Shown: positions 11,355 to 25,034, counted from the first letter of the whole stretch. The stretch is DNA of 63,766 bases, filler included, from Hyphochytrium catenoides (GCA_900088475.1; 9 parts of 9 records of this genome joined end to end with filler, not necessarily neighbours in it); one strand, 5' to 3'. A program made the numbers and translations. Notes: a model not told the origin generated them from the sequence alone.

Positions 11355-13094
11355 GAAAGCTTCCACCCTGACTCTTCGTGGCTTCCGTTGGGCTCGAGAG
11401 ACCGAACAAGAGTAAATGAAAGACGGAATCTTCACAGGGTTTACGTTGTCATCAAGACTGAAAGAAGAGACTGGCTGGTTCTGGGACTGCGCCGATTGAA
11501 GAAGCAATGAGGACAGAGATTGGGGAGGATGTTGCCCTGCGCTAAGACTTCTATTGGCAGCATCGTAGATTTCAATAGCAGAGAAGACAGACCGTCACTG
11601 AGAGGGCAGTAAGACTGCGAAGGAGAGGACAGATGAAGATGAGGCGGCGAAGGACAGAGAAGGAGGGAAAGAAAGACGGGGCAGACCTCTTAACAGAGCG
11701 CTGTCCGTGCTAGCTTAGAACTCAATCTATATTTCTCTCTCTTTCTATGAAAGAAGAGAGTCAGAACCTCAGTCAGGCAGCTGACTTCCTGCTCTCTCTC
11801 TCTGCGCTTTGACAGAAAGGAAAGCGAGGAAAGGTCGCGGCAGTAAGGGAACAGAAGAGGAAAGAAGAGAGGAAGTGGCCAGAAGATAGCTGCTTTCATA
11901 TTATTCCTCTTCTATCTTCAGCGCTAGTTAGACTGTTGGATGCGTAGAGCAACAAATCCTATCAAGCTTGCTTAGCTTGTCCCCTGAGGACGTGCTCGCG
12001 ACAAAGAGAGATAAAAAGAGAGAAAGGAACGAGCGACAGATAGAGCAGTGAAGGCTTAGAAGGTCGCTTGTGACCAAACGCTTTCAACATAAAAAGGGAG
12101 GAGCTGCAGCTAAGACATCCTCTCCTCTTTTTCTTCTCCGTCCTCTGGCCCGCTAAGCGCTCGACGCTCTCTGCAATAGCATCATACCGTCTCTCTCTCT
12201 TTCTCTTTTTCTCTCTTCCTCTTTTTCTTTCTTCTCTCTTAGAGTAGGGTAAGGAGCAGGAGGAAGAGTTTGATGGACCTCAGCTCAGTTAACAGCAGCC
12301 GCTGCCATTGTGATGTCGGCACGCTCCCTCGTTCAAGTGCGTGGCCAAGAGGAGTGCAAGACTCAGCCATTTGATGAGCAAGAAGAGGGAAGACTGCGCT
12401 TCCCACGAGCCGGCTGAGTAGTTGCTAGGAGCAGTGGGACGGACAACGGGTCAGTCGTGCTGCTGACAAGAGTAACGGATTGATGAGTCAAGTCTGTCTC
12501 TTCTATCTTTTTATTAGGCTTACGAGTAGGCTCTTCTTCCTTTGTCTGAGCTGTCGAGACGGCGTAGCTAGCAGCAGGAGCAGATGGAAAGAGAGGAACA
12601 ATGATCTTCCTCCTGCTGCTGCCTGGTCTTACCGTCCAACAAGCGCAATGGCAGTCAGCAGCCCGCCGCCTCTGCGTCTATCTATCATATCAGTCAATCA
12701 ATCATGAGCATCATCAGCGCCTCGGCAGCCAGGCAGGTAGAGGAGCTGCATCCTCTTTTATGGCTATTCCTATAGATTAAAACGCAAGGAAGATTGTAGT
12801 TCCTGCCGCGCTAGATGCTTGCGGCGGGCGGCATGGGCGCTGATGCTGAGCGGCCCCGCCGCCAGGCAGCAGCAGGCTTACTAGGAAGAATCACTGCAGA
12901 CTTTAGCAGGCAAAGGAGCTTGGTTCTGCTAAGAAATACTGCGCCCTTCTTTATCGCTGTTCGCTGCCTTTGCTTCCGAGAGCTGGTGCAGGAGGAGGAG
13001 AGAGAGAGGCGGAAGGTAGAACAAGTGAGAGCGAGAGAAGAGACAAGAGGAGACGGCAGAGAGAGAGAGAGAGAAGAGACCGAGCGAGAGCGAA

Positions 13095-13127
<33 letters not shown>

Positions 13128-13529
13128 GAGCGAGAGAGAGAGCGNNNNNNNNNNNNNNNNGAGAGAGAGAGAGAGAGAGAGAGAAGAGAGAGAGAGTGAG
13201 AAAGCCTACTTGTACAAGCAGCTGAAGATCTTTCCTGCTATCTCTTCCCCCATTTTCATCTTCTTCTCAAAGCATCATATCTTCGGAAGGAATGGCGAAA
13301 TGTAAAGCCAGGATAGGCTAGATTCGTTCAATCACCGGCATCTGCAATACATCCAGCGACAAAAAGGCGGGTAGATATAGAAATAGGTAGCTATAAACGT
13401 TATTCTCGAGTACAGTAGTAATTTCCTGGTCCGTTACAAGCTGAGTATTCCGAGAAAAAATGAGGGTCCTCGTGAGGCTTCAGGAAGAAGCCGCTTTTGC
13501 ACCGCCAAGAAACCGGTGCATAGGATCCA

Positions 13530-13578
<49 letters not shown>

Positions 13579-14508
13579 CTCTCGCTTCTCTCTTACATCA
13601 TATCTCTCATTGTCCTGCGAAGAAGAGACTGGCAGGTTCACCCTTGTTGTTTTTCTTCCCCGTCAGCTTGCCCTCGTTCTGACATCACCGAAGAGGATCT
13701 TCTTTTTCGAAAGATCCTTCTCCTTCCAGCCTCTCTCAAGATCCCCTCCCTCCTCTGGCGTTACTCTGGAAAGACAGAAGAGAGGGTGAGAGGAAGAGAG
13801 AGAGAGAGTTTGACAGAGGTGCTTTTGCTTACTCTTGCTAAGATAGGAAGAAGATGTCACCAGGTCCAAAGAGAACAGGAAATCCATCCTCGCAGCTGGC
13901 CGACGAGGAACCCCTAGTCCCATCACTTCTCTCTCATCGTCTCTCCCTTCCCTCTTTTGGCCTTGAGGCCGCAGTCAGCGGGACCTTCAGAAGCTAGAGA
14001 AATCAACCCTTCTCTGATGACTCAGTCAAAGCGTAGGACAGTCTGCGTCCGCGATAGAGAGAGAGAGAGAGAGAGAGAGAGGAATAGAAAGGAATAAACA
14101 GAGGAAGTATCGGACAACGCAGAAGGGAGAACGCTTGGTTTCTCCTTTTCTTTTTCTGTCTTCTTTTTCCTTACTCCTTCATGCCACTGTTCGCTCGCTC
14201 GCTCTCTCTTCTTTTCTCTCTCTCTCTCTCTCTCTCTCTTCCGCTCTCCTTTGGCTGGAGAGAAGCTAAGTGAAAAGAGGTCAATTCTGTCTCCCAGGAG
14301 ACTCTTTGCCAAAGGAGAGAGAGATCCTTCCTCCTTCTGTGCATGATGTAAAGGACTATTGACTGCTGCACTCTCTTCTGAGTGATCTTTAGCATTACGT
14401 CACTCATGCGGGAGCAGCAGCACTGGAAGTGATCTTCGTCTCTCTTCCTCCTCCACCTGCTGTTGACTGAGCAGAAGTGTTCGACATTGATAAGCCCCAT
14501 CATCCTAT

Positions 14509-14543
<35 letters not shown>

Positions 14544-14759
14544 AAGCGAGAGAGGAGTACATAGGAGGACAGGAGGGAGAGGAGAGAAAAGACGCTTGGC
14601 TCTTCTTTCCTAAAAGAAAGTGGTTGATCGCTCTCTTTACAAAGCAAAGCGGCAAGGAGGATGTGAAGAAATAGGGAGAGAAGAGCAGCAGTAAGACTAT
14701 CTCCCTCTCTCTCTCCTCGTTCCTTCTGCGTCTATTTGGAGATCACCCAGCTACGTACA

Positions 14760-14796
<37 letters not shown>

Positions 14797-14889
14797 CTCT
14801 AGGAAAGCTTAGCTCTGCACCAGCCCCTTCTCTTTCGCCTCTCTCCACCTGGTCATTCATTATCCAATCTTCCACCTCGAGCGAGCACT

Positions 14890-15606
14890 ATGCTAAGCAG
14901 ACTAGCCGTCAGAGCCCTACGTACCTCCACCACCGCCTCCAGCCTTCCAGGGTGCAGACTCAGTGCGTACCGTCCTCTCTCTATTAGAAGCACTATCAAC
15001 GAGACAATGGCATCCGCAATGGCCGCCGATAACAGTGACATCGTCTCTCAGATCATCCAGGACCACCGGGAAGCAGAGACGTACTATCAGAAGCTCAAGG
15101 AGAGCGTCACTGCTGAAGATTCTAACAAATGGTTCAACCAGCTCGTCTGGGAGATCTCTCGCCACTCGGTGGCTGAAGAGCTCGTCCTCTATCCAATGAT
15201 GGAGAAGCTTGGAGAGACTGGAAAGCGCTATGCTGATGAGTCTCGGAAGGAGCATCACATGGTGAAGGAGCTCCTTTCTAACGCAAAGACCGCACAGGCT
15301 AACGGCACCCCAGATGACCTAGAGAAGGCCGTAGACGAGGTTGTCAAGACTCTCTTCCTGCACATGGAGAAGGAAGAGAAAGAGGAGCTGCCTTACTTCA
15401 CCAACAACACGGATCTGCAGGACCGTCAGAAGGCTGGAGCTATGTTCTCCCGCAGAAAGAAGATCGTCCCTACGCGTCCACATACCGCTGTCTCTGAGAA
15501 GCACGCGGCTCTTGAGGGCGCTCTGGGTCTGATGCTAGCTCCTCTGGACAAGATGAGAGACATGTTCTCCTCTTTCCCTGATGAGCAGGAGCTGAAGAAC
15601 GCTTAA
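14890..15606 (+). CDS. Hemerythrin-like (HHE cation-binding) protein with mitochondrial-type presequence, intronless
   Basis: 238-aa ORF with metal-ligand motifs DHREAE, RHSVAEE, EHHMVK, HMEKEE and a C-terminal PTRPH motif. The N-terminus is R/S/L/A-rich and lacks acidic residues. Confidence 0.88.
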   Translation: MLSRLAVRALRTSTTASSLPGCRLSAYRPLSIRSTINETMASAMAADNSDIVSQIIQDHREAETYYQKLKESVTAEDSNKWFNQLVWEISRHSVAEELVLYPMMEKLGETGKRYADESRKEHHMVKELLSNAKTAQANGTPDDLEKAVDEVVKTLFLHMEKEEKEELPYFTNNTDLQDRQKAGAMFSRRKKIVPTRPHTAVSEKHAALEGALGLMLAPLDKMRDMFSSFPDEQELKNA

Positions 15607-17302
15607 GATTCACCAGATAAAGAAGAAAAAAAAACAATGCGAGAAAGAGAAAAGAAAGAGACAATTTTGAAGGAGAGAGAGGGAAGAAGAAGAAGAGGGG
15701 GAAGAGGGAGATGGTACCGAACCCTTTCTCTCTCTTCTCTCTCACTCTCTCTCTCTGCTTTTGTTCCTAGTACCTAGTTCTGTCTCCCCTACTATCAAGG
15801 GGAAGAGTTATACATCGATAACGGGCTTTCTTGCCCGCCATTAATATGAAGAAGAACATTGTAGACCAAGTGATATGTCAAGTCTTTGTCTCATCTCGCT
15901 CTATCTACAGCTCTTCCACGAGCCTCTCTCTCTCTTTCTCCTCCTGGACTGGAGGACATCGAATCGACTAAACCCCGGAGGAGCTGCGGCATGAACGTCT
16001 CGGCTCCGGAGCTTCTGTTTCTGAGGTGAGAAAGTAGGCAAGAGGATAAGAAGAGAGCCACAGCGTACAAGGAGATGGCGACTCAACTTCTTTCCTTGCT
16101 GGAGATGGAAGACCTCAAGGGCTTTGCATTGCAAGGAGGGAGGTAGGCATGACGATAGAGTGGGAGAGAGAGAAGTGAGAAAGGATGTGGGGAGAGATGT
16201 CTCTACGTCAGGTCGATAGTATCTTCTCTTCCTTTTCCTCTCTGACCACTTTGGCTAACAGATAGAGACAGACATCTTTATTTATCTATTGATCTGTGTA
16301 TGTTAGTCCTGATGTAGCCTGGACAAGCAAGCACATGATGTGAGAGAGAGAGGGCCGTCCCCCACCTTCCCGGGCCTAGGCTCTCTCCTTGAGTCGCAGG
16401 AGGTGGAAGAAGTTGCTTCCCTGAGAGGAACAGCAGAGGCAAGCCGCTGAGTAATCTATGGCAATTCAAGAAAATAGAGCGGAAGGAGGGCCGTCTCCTC
16501 TCTCACTTCTTCTCTGTTCTTCGATCCTTCTTCCTCTTCTTCCTCTCCTGTCTTTCTTAAGACTTATCCTGTCTCTCTTTGCGCTCTTTACCACCGCCTA
16601 CCTTGTTCTCTCAGGGTCAGCCAAAGTGTCTTGATCTCTTCAACAATGAGGAAGACCGCGGGAAGGATGAACTTCCAAACACCTCCCTGGTGGTGTCTGT
16701 GCGGATCCGATGCGCCGAGACAGGGATCAGACCAGGATGGAGGTATGAGTTGAACGCAACCGCAGCGAGAGGAGAGTAAGAGAGAGAGTGAGAGTGAGAG
16801 AGAAGACAGAAGATGTAGGGCAACTAAGGCAAACAGCAGATCAGAAAGTGTGAGACTCCACGGAGAGGAAGAGAGGGAGAAAGGCTTCGCTAGGAAGAGG
16901 TACCCTTTGGCACCTCCTATTTGACCTCTTAGACATATTCTCCAGCTGCATCTCTCCCATGAACCCGCTGCTCGCTCACAAGTATCCTTTGAGGTGTCTC
17001 CCAGAGTCATCGGGCGTCCTCTAGGAGAACGGGAGGAGAGAACCTCCAGGGGCACTGGGCACCCGTCCTGGAAGAGGGACCGATGATCCAGCCAAAGAGC
17101 CCGACGCAATGGACAATGGGAGACACCTCTAGGGAGACTGTCGAGCGGCAGACGTGGGAGGAGGTAGAGCTGGAGACCATGTTCAAGAAGCCAGAGAGGA
17201 GGTTGCCAAGTGTCTCTGTCCCTTCCAGAATCCCGGAAGAGAGTAGGAGGTAAAGAAAAGAGAGAGAGAGCGGAAAGGACTAGTTTCTTTCCTGTGTCTT
17301 AC

Positions 17303-19479
17303 CTTCTTGGATATCATCTCGAGCGGTGTCACGCTCCTCCCAGCACTCTTCTTCATCGTACTCCTCCTCCTCCTCCGGCTCCTCCTCCTCATAGTCATCC
17401 CCGTCCTCGAATTCGCCTCGTGAGTCCTCTTCACGGCTGGCGCCCGTCTTCCAGGACCAGCCTGGGATGCAGCCGTCAGCGGCGCTCCCTAGAGCGCAGA
17501 TAAACAGGTGAGAACTGTAGCGTCTCAGGAGCCCATGAGGCAGAAGGTAAGCAGAGAAGCAAGGAAGAGAACGGAGAGGGGAGACAGAGAATCAATGACA
17601 GCAACGCAAACACGTACCATTGTGGAGCCCATCTCGAGTGTCACTCTCCTCCCAGCACTCTTCTTCACCATACACCTCCTCCTCCTCCTCACAGTCATCC
17701 TCCTCCTCCTCTAAGTGCGACTCGCCTCTTGAGTCCTCTTCACGGCTGGCGCCCGTCTTCCAGGACCAGATTGGGGTGCCGCTGTCAGCGTCGCTCCCTA
17801 GAGCACACATCAAGAAGGAGAGAAAAGAAGGAGTCCTGAGGAGCACTGCGCCAGGAGGTAAGCAGAGCAAGGGAGAGACGAGAAGGGAGACAGGGTTATG
17901 ACCGCGAGGCAAACAGGAAAGGAAAGGGAGAGAGAAGTAAAGAGAGAGAGACTAGACAATGCCTTGGCGCGCCAGCGCTTACCCTTGAATACTCCTTCGA
18001 ACCTCTCCTCCTGCTGCTCATCCTCGAGCTCTTCTTCAGAGCCCTGCTCGCTTTGCGTGCCTGAAAACGAGCATTCTAGATCTTCCTCGTCCACCGCACT
18101 GCTGTCTGCTCCATGAGAGTGAGAGAGAACAAGGAGTCAAAGTAAGAGAGAGGTACCAAGCGTGAGAAATTCCCAATTGTCAACTCAGAACGGAGAGAGA
18201 AAGAGAGAGAGGGAATGCTGTCCCATTGAAGGCCTCAGCGCCGTCATGTCAAGAGTCTCTCTCTCATTGCGACTCCCGTTCCACCCTTTCTTAGAGACAG
18301 GGCGTATTCCCCAGAAATTGGAGAAAGAGCTGCGGCGTCACTGACTGGGGGCGACAAAGAAGAGAAGGAGATGGAGATGGAGAGAAGGAAAAGAGACAAG
18401 AATGTTGCAAAAAGCCGGGGCTGAATTACTCTGGACTAGTTACCTTCGAAGATGTTTTTGACCCCGAAGAAACCGTGCTGCCGCTCTCCTTCCAGGTGTT
18501 CGTCGTCGGGTTGTCGCCTTGCTGAGCCCCAGGACCACTTCTCAGGCTGCTTCCCCAGATCCTCCGCTTCGCCTACGTAGACAGAGAAAGAAAGGAACAA
18601 TGAGCCAGATGGGGTTTCCCTCATCGCGAGCAGGACAAGGCCCAAAGTAGAGAGAAAACAGAAGAAAGAGCTTATGTGGGAAAAGATTGAAGCACAGGAG
18701 AAGTGAGAGAGAGGCGGCACACAGTCTGATATCCTCTCCCTCAACTTTTGGTCTATTCTCCCTTACCGGTGAAGGGTTCTTCGGGGTCATCATCGTTTAC
18801 ACCCCACGCTCGACGGAGATCTTCCTCGAAGCTCGTAAAGAAACCTCCACCGCCAGCGGGAGGAACCTTCCCGTGCAGCTCCCAGAGTTGGTGCTGCAGC
18901 TCTGCCTTATCCTTCTTTAGCACCTCAACCCGCTGCTCTTCGACTAAGGTGGGGAGGGAGGAGAGACCATGGTGGGTAAGATGTCTCTACTCCTACTACT
19001 CTCCTCTCTCTCTTCTCGCTCCTCTCTCTCTCTCTCCTCTCTTCCCTCTCTCTCTCCTTCCTGAACTCTAACCAACTCCTGAATCTGTCATACTTGCAAG
19101 CTTGAGCCGGACCATCTCCAGCTCTGCGAGCGACTCGGCCAGTGCCTTATCTAAGGCGGCGGACTGGTGATAATTCCACTCCGCCATTTTCTGAGTATCG
19201 CGCAGGGTTGCGCCCATCTCCCTCAGGTGCTCCTCCATCGCCGCCAGCTCCTCGTCCCGGTGGTCCAAACATTTGCACAGTTCTGGCACAGAAATGAGGT
19301 AGACCAAAGAGCAGGTTATCCCGGGTGTATGGTTGGATGGGCGGAAGTGATGGTGGAAGGGAGATAAGACGAGTAAAGCGCCAAGGGAGGAGATGACCAC
19401 CAGAGTAGAAAACGACGGACGGGACCAGGCAAGGCAAAAAGAGAAGAAAGTCATCAATAGGGATCTGCAATGTGCGTGC

Positions 19480-19516
<37 letters not shown>

Positions 19517-19961
19517 CTTTCTTCCTTTCGGCTCTCTCTCTGCCTTGTCTGTCAATTCACTCTCATTTGCGTACTCTTAAGATACTTGGCGAGCCTCTTT
19601 TGATCCTGTCTGGCGTCCCGGAGTTCGGACTTCAAGGCTGCCCAGGATGAAGGTTCCTTGGGGTCTCGTAGCACAAGCTGGTACTGAGTCCAGTCAGGCT
19701 CTGGTTTGCCGGTCCTGAGAGTCTCTTTCAGCTCTCCATTCTCCGCTTCCAGAAAACTGAGTTCGCCCTCCAGAGCGCGGATTTTCTCGTCTTTCCCTAT
19801 GAGAAGAGGTTCAGTGTTAGCGCGAAGTAAGAAAGATGGGGTGCTTCTGCCGCCAGGACTTAGTCAAGAAGTGGGAGTGTGGGGCGAAAGGATGGAAGGT
19901 CATAGAAGTGTATGTAAGGCATAGATCAAAGATGGGAGAGGGAGGGGTGGGGAGTGGAGGA

Positions 19962-20002
<41 letters not shown>

Positions 20003-20159
20003 CCTTCCATGGCTTCCTCCAGTCTCATCTTTTCCATCTGACGTTGTGTCAGCTGCTTTCCTAGGGCAGTAACTCGAAACTTCTGCTCTTTAAGGTCCCG
20101 TTCTTTGGTTTCGAAGGCGCGGGACATATCAGCCCACTGTCTCACTCCAGAGTGGAACT
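17303..20159 (-). CDS. Multi-exon coiled-coil / acidic protein of unknown function (partial)
   Basis: A series of GT-AG flanked open segments with heptad E/K/L-rich translation (e.g. 20159-20004 FHSGVRQWADMSRAFETKERDLKEQKFRVTALGKQLTQRQMEKMRLEE; DEELAAMEEHLREMGATLRD), followed by acidic WSW-containing exons. The 3' end is unresolved and may extend to ~15.9 kb. Confidence 0.55.
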
Positions 20160-20688
20160 CTATAAGAAAGGGTAAGAAGCGACGTGAGGGCTCCAGCAAT
20201 GGAATCGCCGCCAGCAGGTTGATGGGAGGAGGAGCTGATGATGAGGATAGATAGCCCTTATCTGAAGTAGAANNNNNNNNNNNNNNNNNNNNNNNNNNNN
20301 NNNNNNNNNNNNNNNNTTAATTAATTAANNNNNNNNNNNNNNNNNNNNNNNNNNNNNNNNNNNNNNNNNNNNAGAGAGAGAGAGAGAGAAAGAAACGGAA
20401 ACGAGAGAGAATATGACACAAGAGAGATGTGAGACTGAAGGCACAGGAAGAGAAAGAGAGAGTGAGTGAGCAAGGGGAACAGCGAAAGCGAGCATGGCAG
20501 AGAGAGAGAGAGACAAAGAGAGAGAAAGACAGAATAAGACGGAGAGAGGGGGGAAGAGAAAGCGAGAGACAAGGATCTACTAGCCGACCCTGGTCTTCAA
20601 AGAGTCAAAAAGGAGACTGACAGCAGAGGAAAAGAGAGGGATGAAGAGAAAGAGACGCCTTCTCCAAGCCGCCTATTACTCTGCTCAC

Positions 20689-20901
20689 CTGGGTATAGCT
20701 GCCAAGCAGCATGATGTCCACCGCGATGACCAGCAGACCCACAACGACCTGCCAGAGAGAGATGCCGCTGTCCAAGCTTCGGAAAGTAATGGAGGAGGAT
20801 AAAGAGGATGACATGACCGAGGGCGAGAGTGCTGGAGAGGAGAGAGAGGAGACAACGGTAGAGCCAGAGGAAGGGCCAGCCATCATTCCTTCGTTGGCCA
20901 T
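20689..20901 (-). CDS. Probable first exon encoding a Ser-rich N-terminus plus one transmembrane helix
   Basis: ATG at 20901, hydrophobic stretch LWQVVVGLLVIAVDIMLL, donor CAG|GTGAGC at 20689/20688. The contig ends shortly downstream. Confidence 0.45.
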
Positions 20902-20951
20902 GATCCTCTGGCCCTATGACCCTACCATAGCAGGGGAGTTGACTGCTGCAG

Positions 20952-21008
<57 letters not shown>

Positions 21009-21150
21009 GTGCGTCGTTCTGAACGGAGGAGAAAACTGTTATCTCTGCCTCTCACCCCAAGAGAGGAGGGAAGGTGGGCTTAGAGGCACAGAGACAGAGA
21101 GAGACGGCGCTCCAGAGAAACAGTGGGAATGAGAGCGACCGCGCACGAGA

Positions 21151-21181
<31 letters not shown>

Positions 21182-21948
21182 TGAGAGAGAGAGAAACAAA
21201 GGAAGAGAAGGAGAGAAGAACTTGTGCTTTTTGAAGAAGAGAAAAGCTGCGAATTTGGGGCATCTGCAGAAAAAGCTTGAGAATGGTTCTTCTAGTGATT
21301 TTTGTGGCGTTTCCGAGACCTAACAATGTCGCTTTACTGTAATCAGCATATTAGGCATGAGCTTGGAGGGAAGCCTAATTCTAAACAGTAGAAACTAATA
21401 GTATTAGAGTCAGGGAGTTCAGTTCAATGCTTCCAGAGTAAGTCGCTTTGCGACTCTATATCCTCTCATTGGCTTTAGCGCTCTCTCAGCTATTGTCTCG
21501 GACGGCAGCCTCTGCGGAGCTTCCATCCTCCTCCTGCTCTACTGTCCACTGTCCTTCTCCATCTATTCCCTTCCCTCTCTTCTACGCTACTGCCCATCCT
21601 CTCTTCTGGCTCTCTCTTTTCCTCTACAATCCTTCATCTCCTCTGCGCGCACTCCCTCGATCTATGTTACCCTGTAGCTGAGATGATAAGGAAAGATTGT
21701 ACTTATAAGGTAACGAGGGCCATAGAGAGGGAGAGATCGGCCTTGGGAAACCACCTAATATTATGTTAGCTAACGAACCTCCATCTCCTTCCTCATTTGC
21801 TCTCCTCACTTTTCTCAGCAGCTATTGTTCCGAGGGGGTAGTTCCCGACGTAAACGGCCAACGATGTGAGAAGAGGAAGAGAAGAGAGGAGCGAGATGGA
21901 TAGAGAAGCAAGAAGCACAGAGAGAGTGACTATTTTCTCTGCTTTCTT

Positions 21949-22548
21949 TTAGACCTTGTTCATACTGGCGAGGTCTACGCTCTGTACATAGTCTTCGAAC
22001 TGTTCAATGGCGTCGGTCACATCGTCCAGTCCCACCTTGTCATCCACGATAACGCAAGTCATGATAAGCTTCTTGATGCCGAAGGCAACAGGCACCAGCT
22101 TGTGAGCCTCTCCCCAGTTAAGCCCGTCAATCTCTACAGCTCTGATCTTCTGGGCAAGCTCTTCCAGATCAGTCTCTGCCTCCCACGGCTTGATCTCTAG
22201 AACCAGCTGAGAGCGCTCAACAGGCTTTGGCTTTTGTGCTTTCTTAGCAGCTGCAGCGCGGGCCTCGGCAGCCTTCTTGGCAGCGGCTGCGGCTGCTTCA
22301 TCAGGCTCATCGTCGTCGTCTCCGAAGAGATCGTCCTCGTCGACGTCTTCCTCCTCTTCCTCCTCCTTCTTCTTCTTCTGCTCTACCTCTTTAGGCTTTG
22401 GTGCTTCCTTCTTGGCAGGAGCAGCGGCCTTGGCGGCTGGAGCTGCGAGCTTCAGGTTCTTAGTAGGGTTGACGCCCTTGGGCACAACGACGGAGAAGAT
22501 GCCGGTCTGGGCAACTTCGAAGCGTGGGTCGAGAGTAAGGGAAGCCAT
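21949..22548 (-). CDS. EEF1B: Translation elongation factor 1B (beta/delta) guanine-nucleotide exchange subunit
   Basis: Acidic DEDDLFGDDD hinge followed by the GEF domain: SQLVLEIKPWEAETDL, GLNWG, KLVPVAFGIKKL, DYVQSVDLASMNKV. Confidence 0.96.
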   Translation of the reverse strand: MASLTLDPRFEVAQTGIFSVVVPKGVNPTKNLKLAAPAAKAAAPAKKEAPKPKEVEQKKKKEEEEEEDVDEDDLFGDDDDEPDEAAAAAAKKAAEARAAAAKKAQKPKPVERSQLVLEIKPWEAETDLEELAQKIRAVEIDGLNWGEAHKLVPVAFGIKKLIMTCVIVDDKVGLDDVTDAIEQFEDYVQSVDLASMNKV

Positions 22549-22709
22549 TGTATCTGTGTATGGAGGATGGAGAGATAGGGCTCTGCTGATGAGGTGTCAA
22601 CAGATCTGAGCAACAGTACAATGGATCTCTGCCACAAGGATGCGAAGATACGGCGCTCTCAACACAAGCGGCAACCGGGAAGGGAACGAGACGGGAAGAA
22701 GAGAGGAGG

Positions 22710-22755
<46 letters not shown>

Positions 22756-23247
22756 CTCTCATCTCAGAGACGAAGGAAAGAGAATTGATGGATCACGGTG
22801 GCGCGCGCCTGCCACAGGCTCCCAGACCTAAGGTGTGTGAAGTCTCAAACACGGAGCGACTTATTGTCAAACACACTGCTCTTATAACTTATCCTTATAT
22901 GCCTAAGCCTATTTTTCAAACGCACTCTACTAACCTAAACTGCCATTTTATTAAGGGTATGAGTGTGTGTGAGTGCTGTGGGTTTGTGTGGCGCTCCCTC
23001 TGCTGCTGGTGGCCCAGAATCCTTCACTTCGTTTACCTTGAAAGTTTCACTGACAGAATCTTTCAGGCCAAATAGGTCTCACTCATAATTAAGAAAGGAA
23101 CGAGACAGAGCAGAAAGATAGACACGACGGAAGGGAGAGAGATCTGGATTTAGATAGTATAGTTTAGTAAAACTGAGAAACAGAGGCTAGAGATAACGAT
23201 AAAGAGAATCTTGAGAGAGCGGCACAGTGTGAGAGAGACTTTGAAAG

Positions 23248-23286
<39 letters not shown>

Positions 23287-23741
23287 TGGAGAGAGAGAGA
23301 GACAGAGAGAGAGAGAGAGACAGAGAGCGAGAGAGAGAGAGAGAGAGAGAAGTCAGGGAAAAGGGGAAGAGAGAGAGAGAGAAGTGAGGAAGAAAGGGAA
23401 GAGAGACACACAGAGAGAGGGAGAGAGTGAGAGAGAAAAGAAAGAGAGGAAAAAGAGAGACAGAAGCAGAGCCCAAGAAAGTTGGGAAGCAAGGGAGGAG
23501 CAGACCACGATGTCAAAAGAGAGAGAGAGAGAGAGCAGGAGGGAGAGAGAGAGAGATTAAAGGATCTTGGACAGCATCAGCAGAGACAAGAAAACAAAGG
23601 CAAGGACACAGACGATCTCCGGCAATGAAGAGGTCCGACGANNNNNNNNNNNNNNNNNNNNNNNNNNNNNNNNNNNNNNNNNNNNTTAATTAATTAANNN
23701 NNNNNNNNNNNNNNNNNNNNNNNNNNNNNNNNNNNNNNNNN

Positions 23742-23965
23742 TGTTCATCTCCATCTTCTTCTTCATCTTCTGTTCATCTCCATCTTCTTCAACCTCTTCA
23801 TCTTCTGTTCATCTCCATCTTCTCTTCATCTTCTGTTCATCTCCATCTTCTCTTCATCCTCTTCATCCTCTGTTCATCTTTTCTTTATTTTCTGTTCATC
23901 TCCATCTTCTTCATCCTCCTCATCTTCATCTCCTTCATCATCTTCTTCTTCTTCAACTTTTCTTC
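23742..23965. repeat. TTCATC/TTCTTC-rich degenerate minisatellite at contig edge
   Basis: Recurring TGTTCATCTCCATCTTCT..TTCATC units of roughly 28-37 bp. Confidence 0.75.
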
Positions 23966-25034
23966 ATCTCTTCCTTGTTCTGCAGCTGCTGGGGCTGCTG
24001 ATAATAGGTCGTTCCTTGTTCTTAAAGTTGGCGAACTTCAATAACAGAAGGAAGGGTAGACAGCTATGGAGAAGAAAGGAGGAGGAGAGGAAAGCGAAGA
24101 TAATATTCATGGACAAAGTGAACATATACAATTGAATCATTGGGGCGTTGGCTCCTTAGAGGTCCTTCTTTACGTTGTGGAGGCAGCGATGTATGAGCCA
24201 TCAGAAGGGAGAGAAGGACATTCTTATAAGATATTGGGCTTTGACATAAGGACGAGGAAGCAGCAGCAATAAATGTGGTCGTGAGAGGACGGAGTAGCCA
24301 ACAGCTAGAGTCTGTGTCAGGTTGAGAACACGGCATTGCCCGTGATCTTGTCCTCTAATAGTAGAGCACAAGCTGTGGGAAGAGCTGTGACGACCAAGGG
24401 CGTGAAGCAGCCGACTACTCATCAAGTGTGTTGGCTGGTATCACCGGTACAAGACTTCGGTGCCCTAGTAGTAGAAGGAGGAAGGCTTATGGAGATATGG
24501 ATGGTGGTAGGAACGATCACATGTGCTGCTCAGAGTGGTTGGATCTTCATCGCTAGTTAACTGCATCAATAGAGACACGGTGAGAAGAGAACGGCACGCA
24601 GCAAGAAGCAAGAAAGAGGGGTTTGAGAGAGCGACCAAGAGAGAAGAGAGAGAGAGGAGAGAGAGACACAGAGAGAGAGAGAGAGAAAGTGAACGAGAGA
24701 AAAAAGAGGAAGAGAGAGATATCAGGAGAGAGCACGAGCGTGACAGTGTGCTTGCTGCATAACAATAAACAGTTTGCTGAAGAAGACACAGAAGCTTTAT
24801 AAATCAAAATTATAGCAATCGGCAAAGCAAAACCTGACATGAACCTAACTACTATTGACCTACTCAGATGAAAGCGCTATCAGAACATAGAGCAGGGAAG
24901 CAGCACCTAGGCTCTCTGTTAAAAAAAAAGAAGGAAGAAATGAAGAAGGTAGTAGACAATATAGGAAAGAGAACAGAGGAGAGCCATCAAGGGACTGTCA
25001 TCCATCTCTCCCCACTCTCTCTCTCCTCTGTCGC

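Noticed and set aside
13200-14510. Possible minus-strand multi-exon gene
   Set aside because: Could not build a phase-consistent model or recognise a domain.
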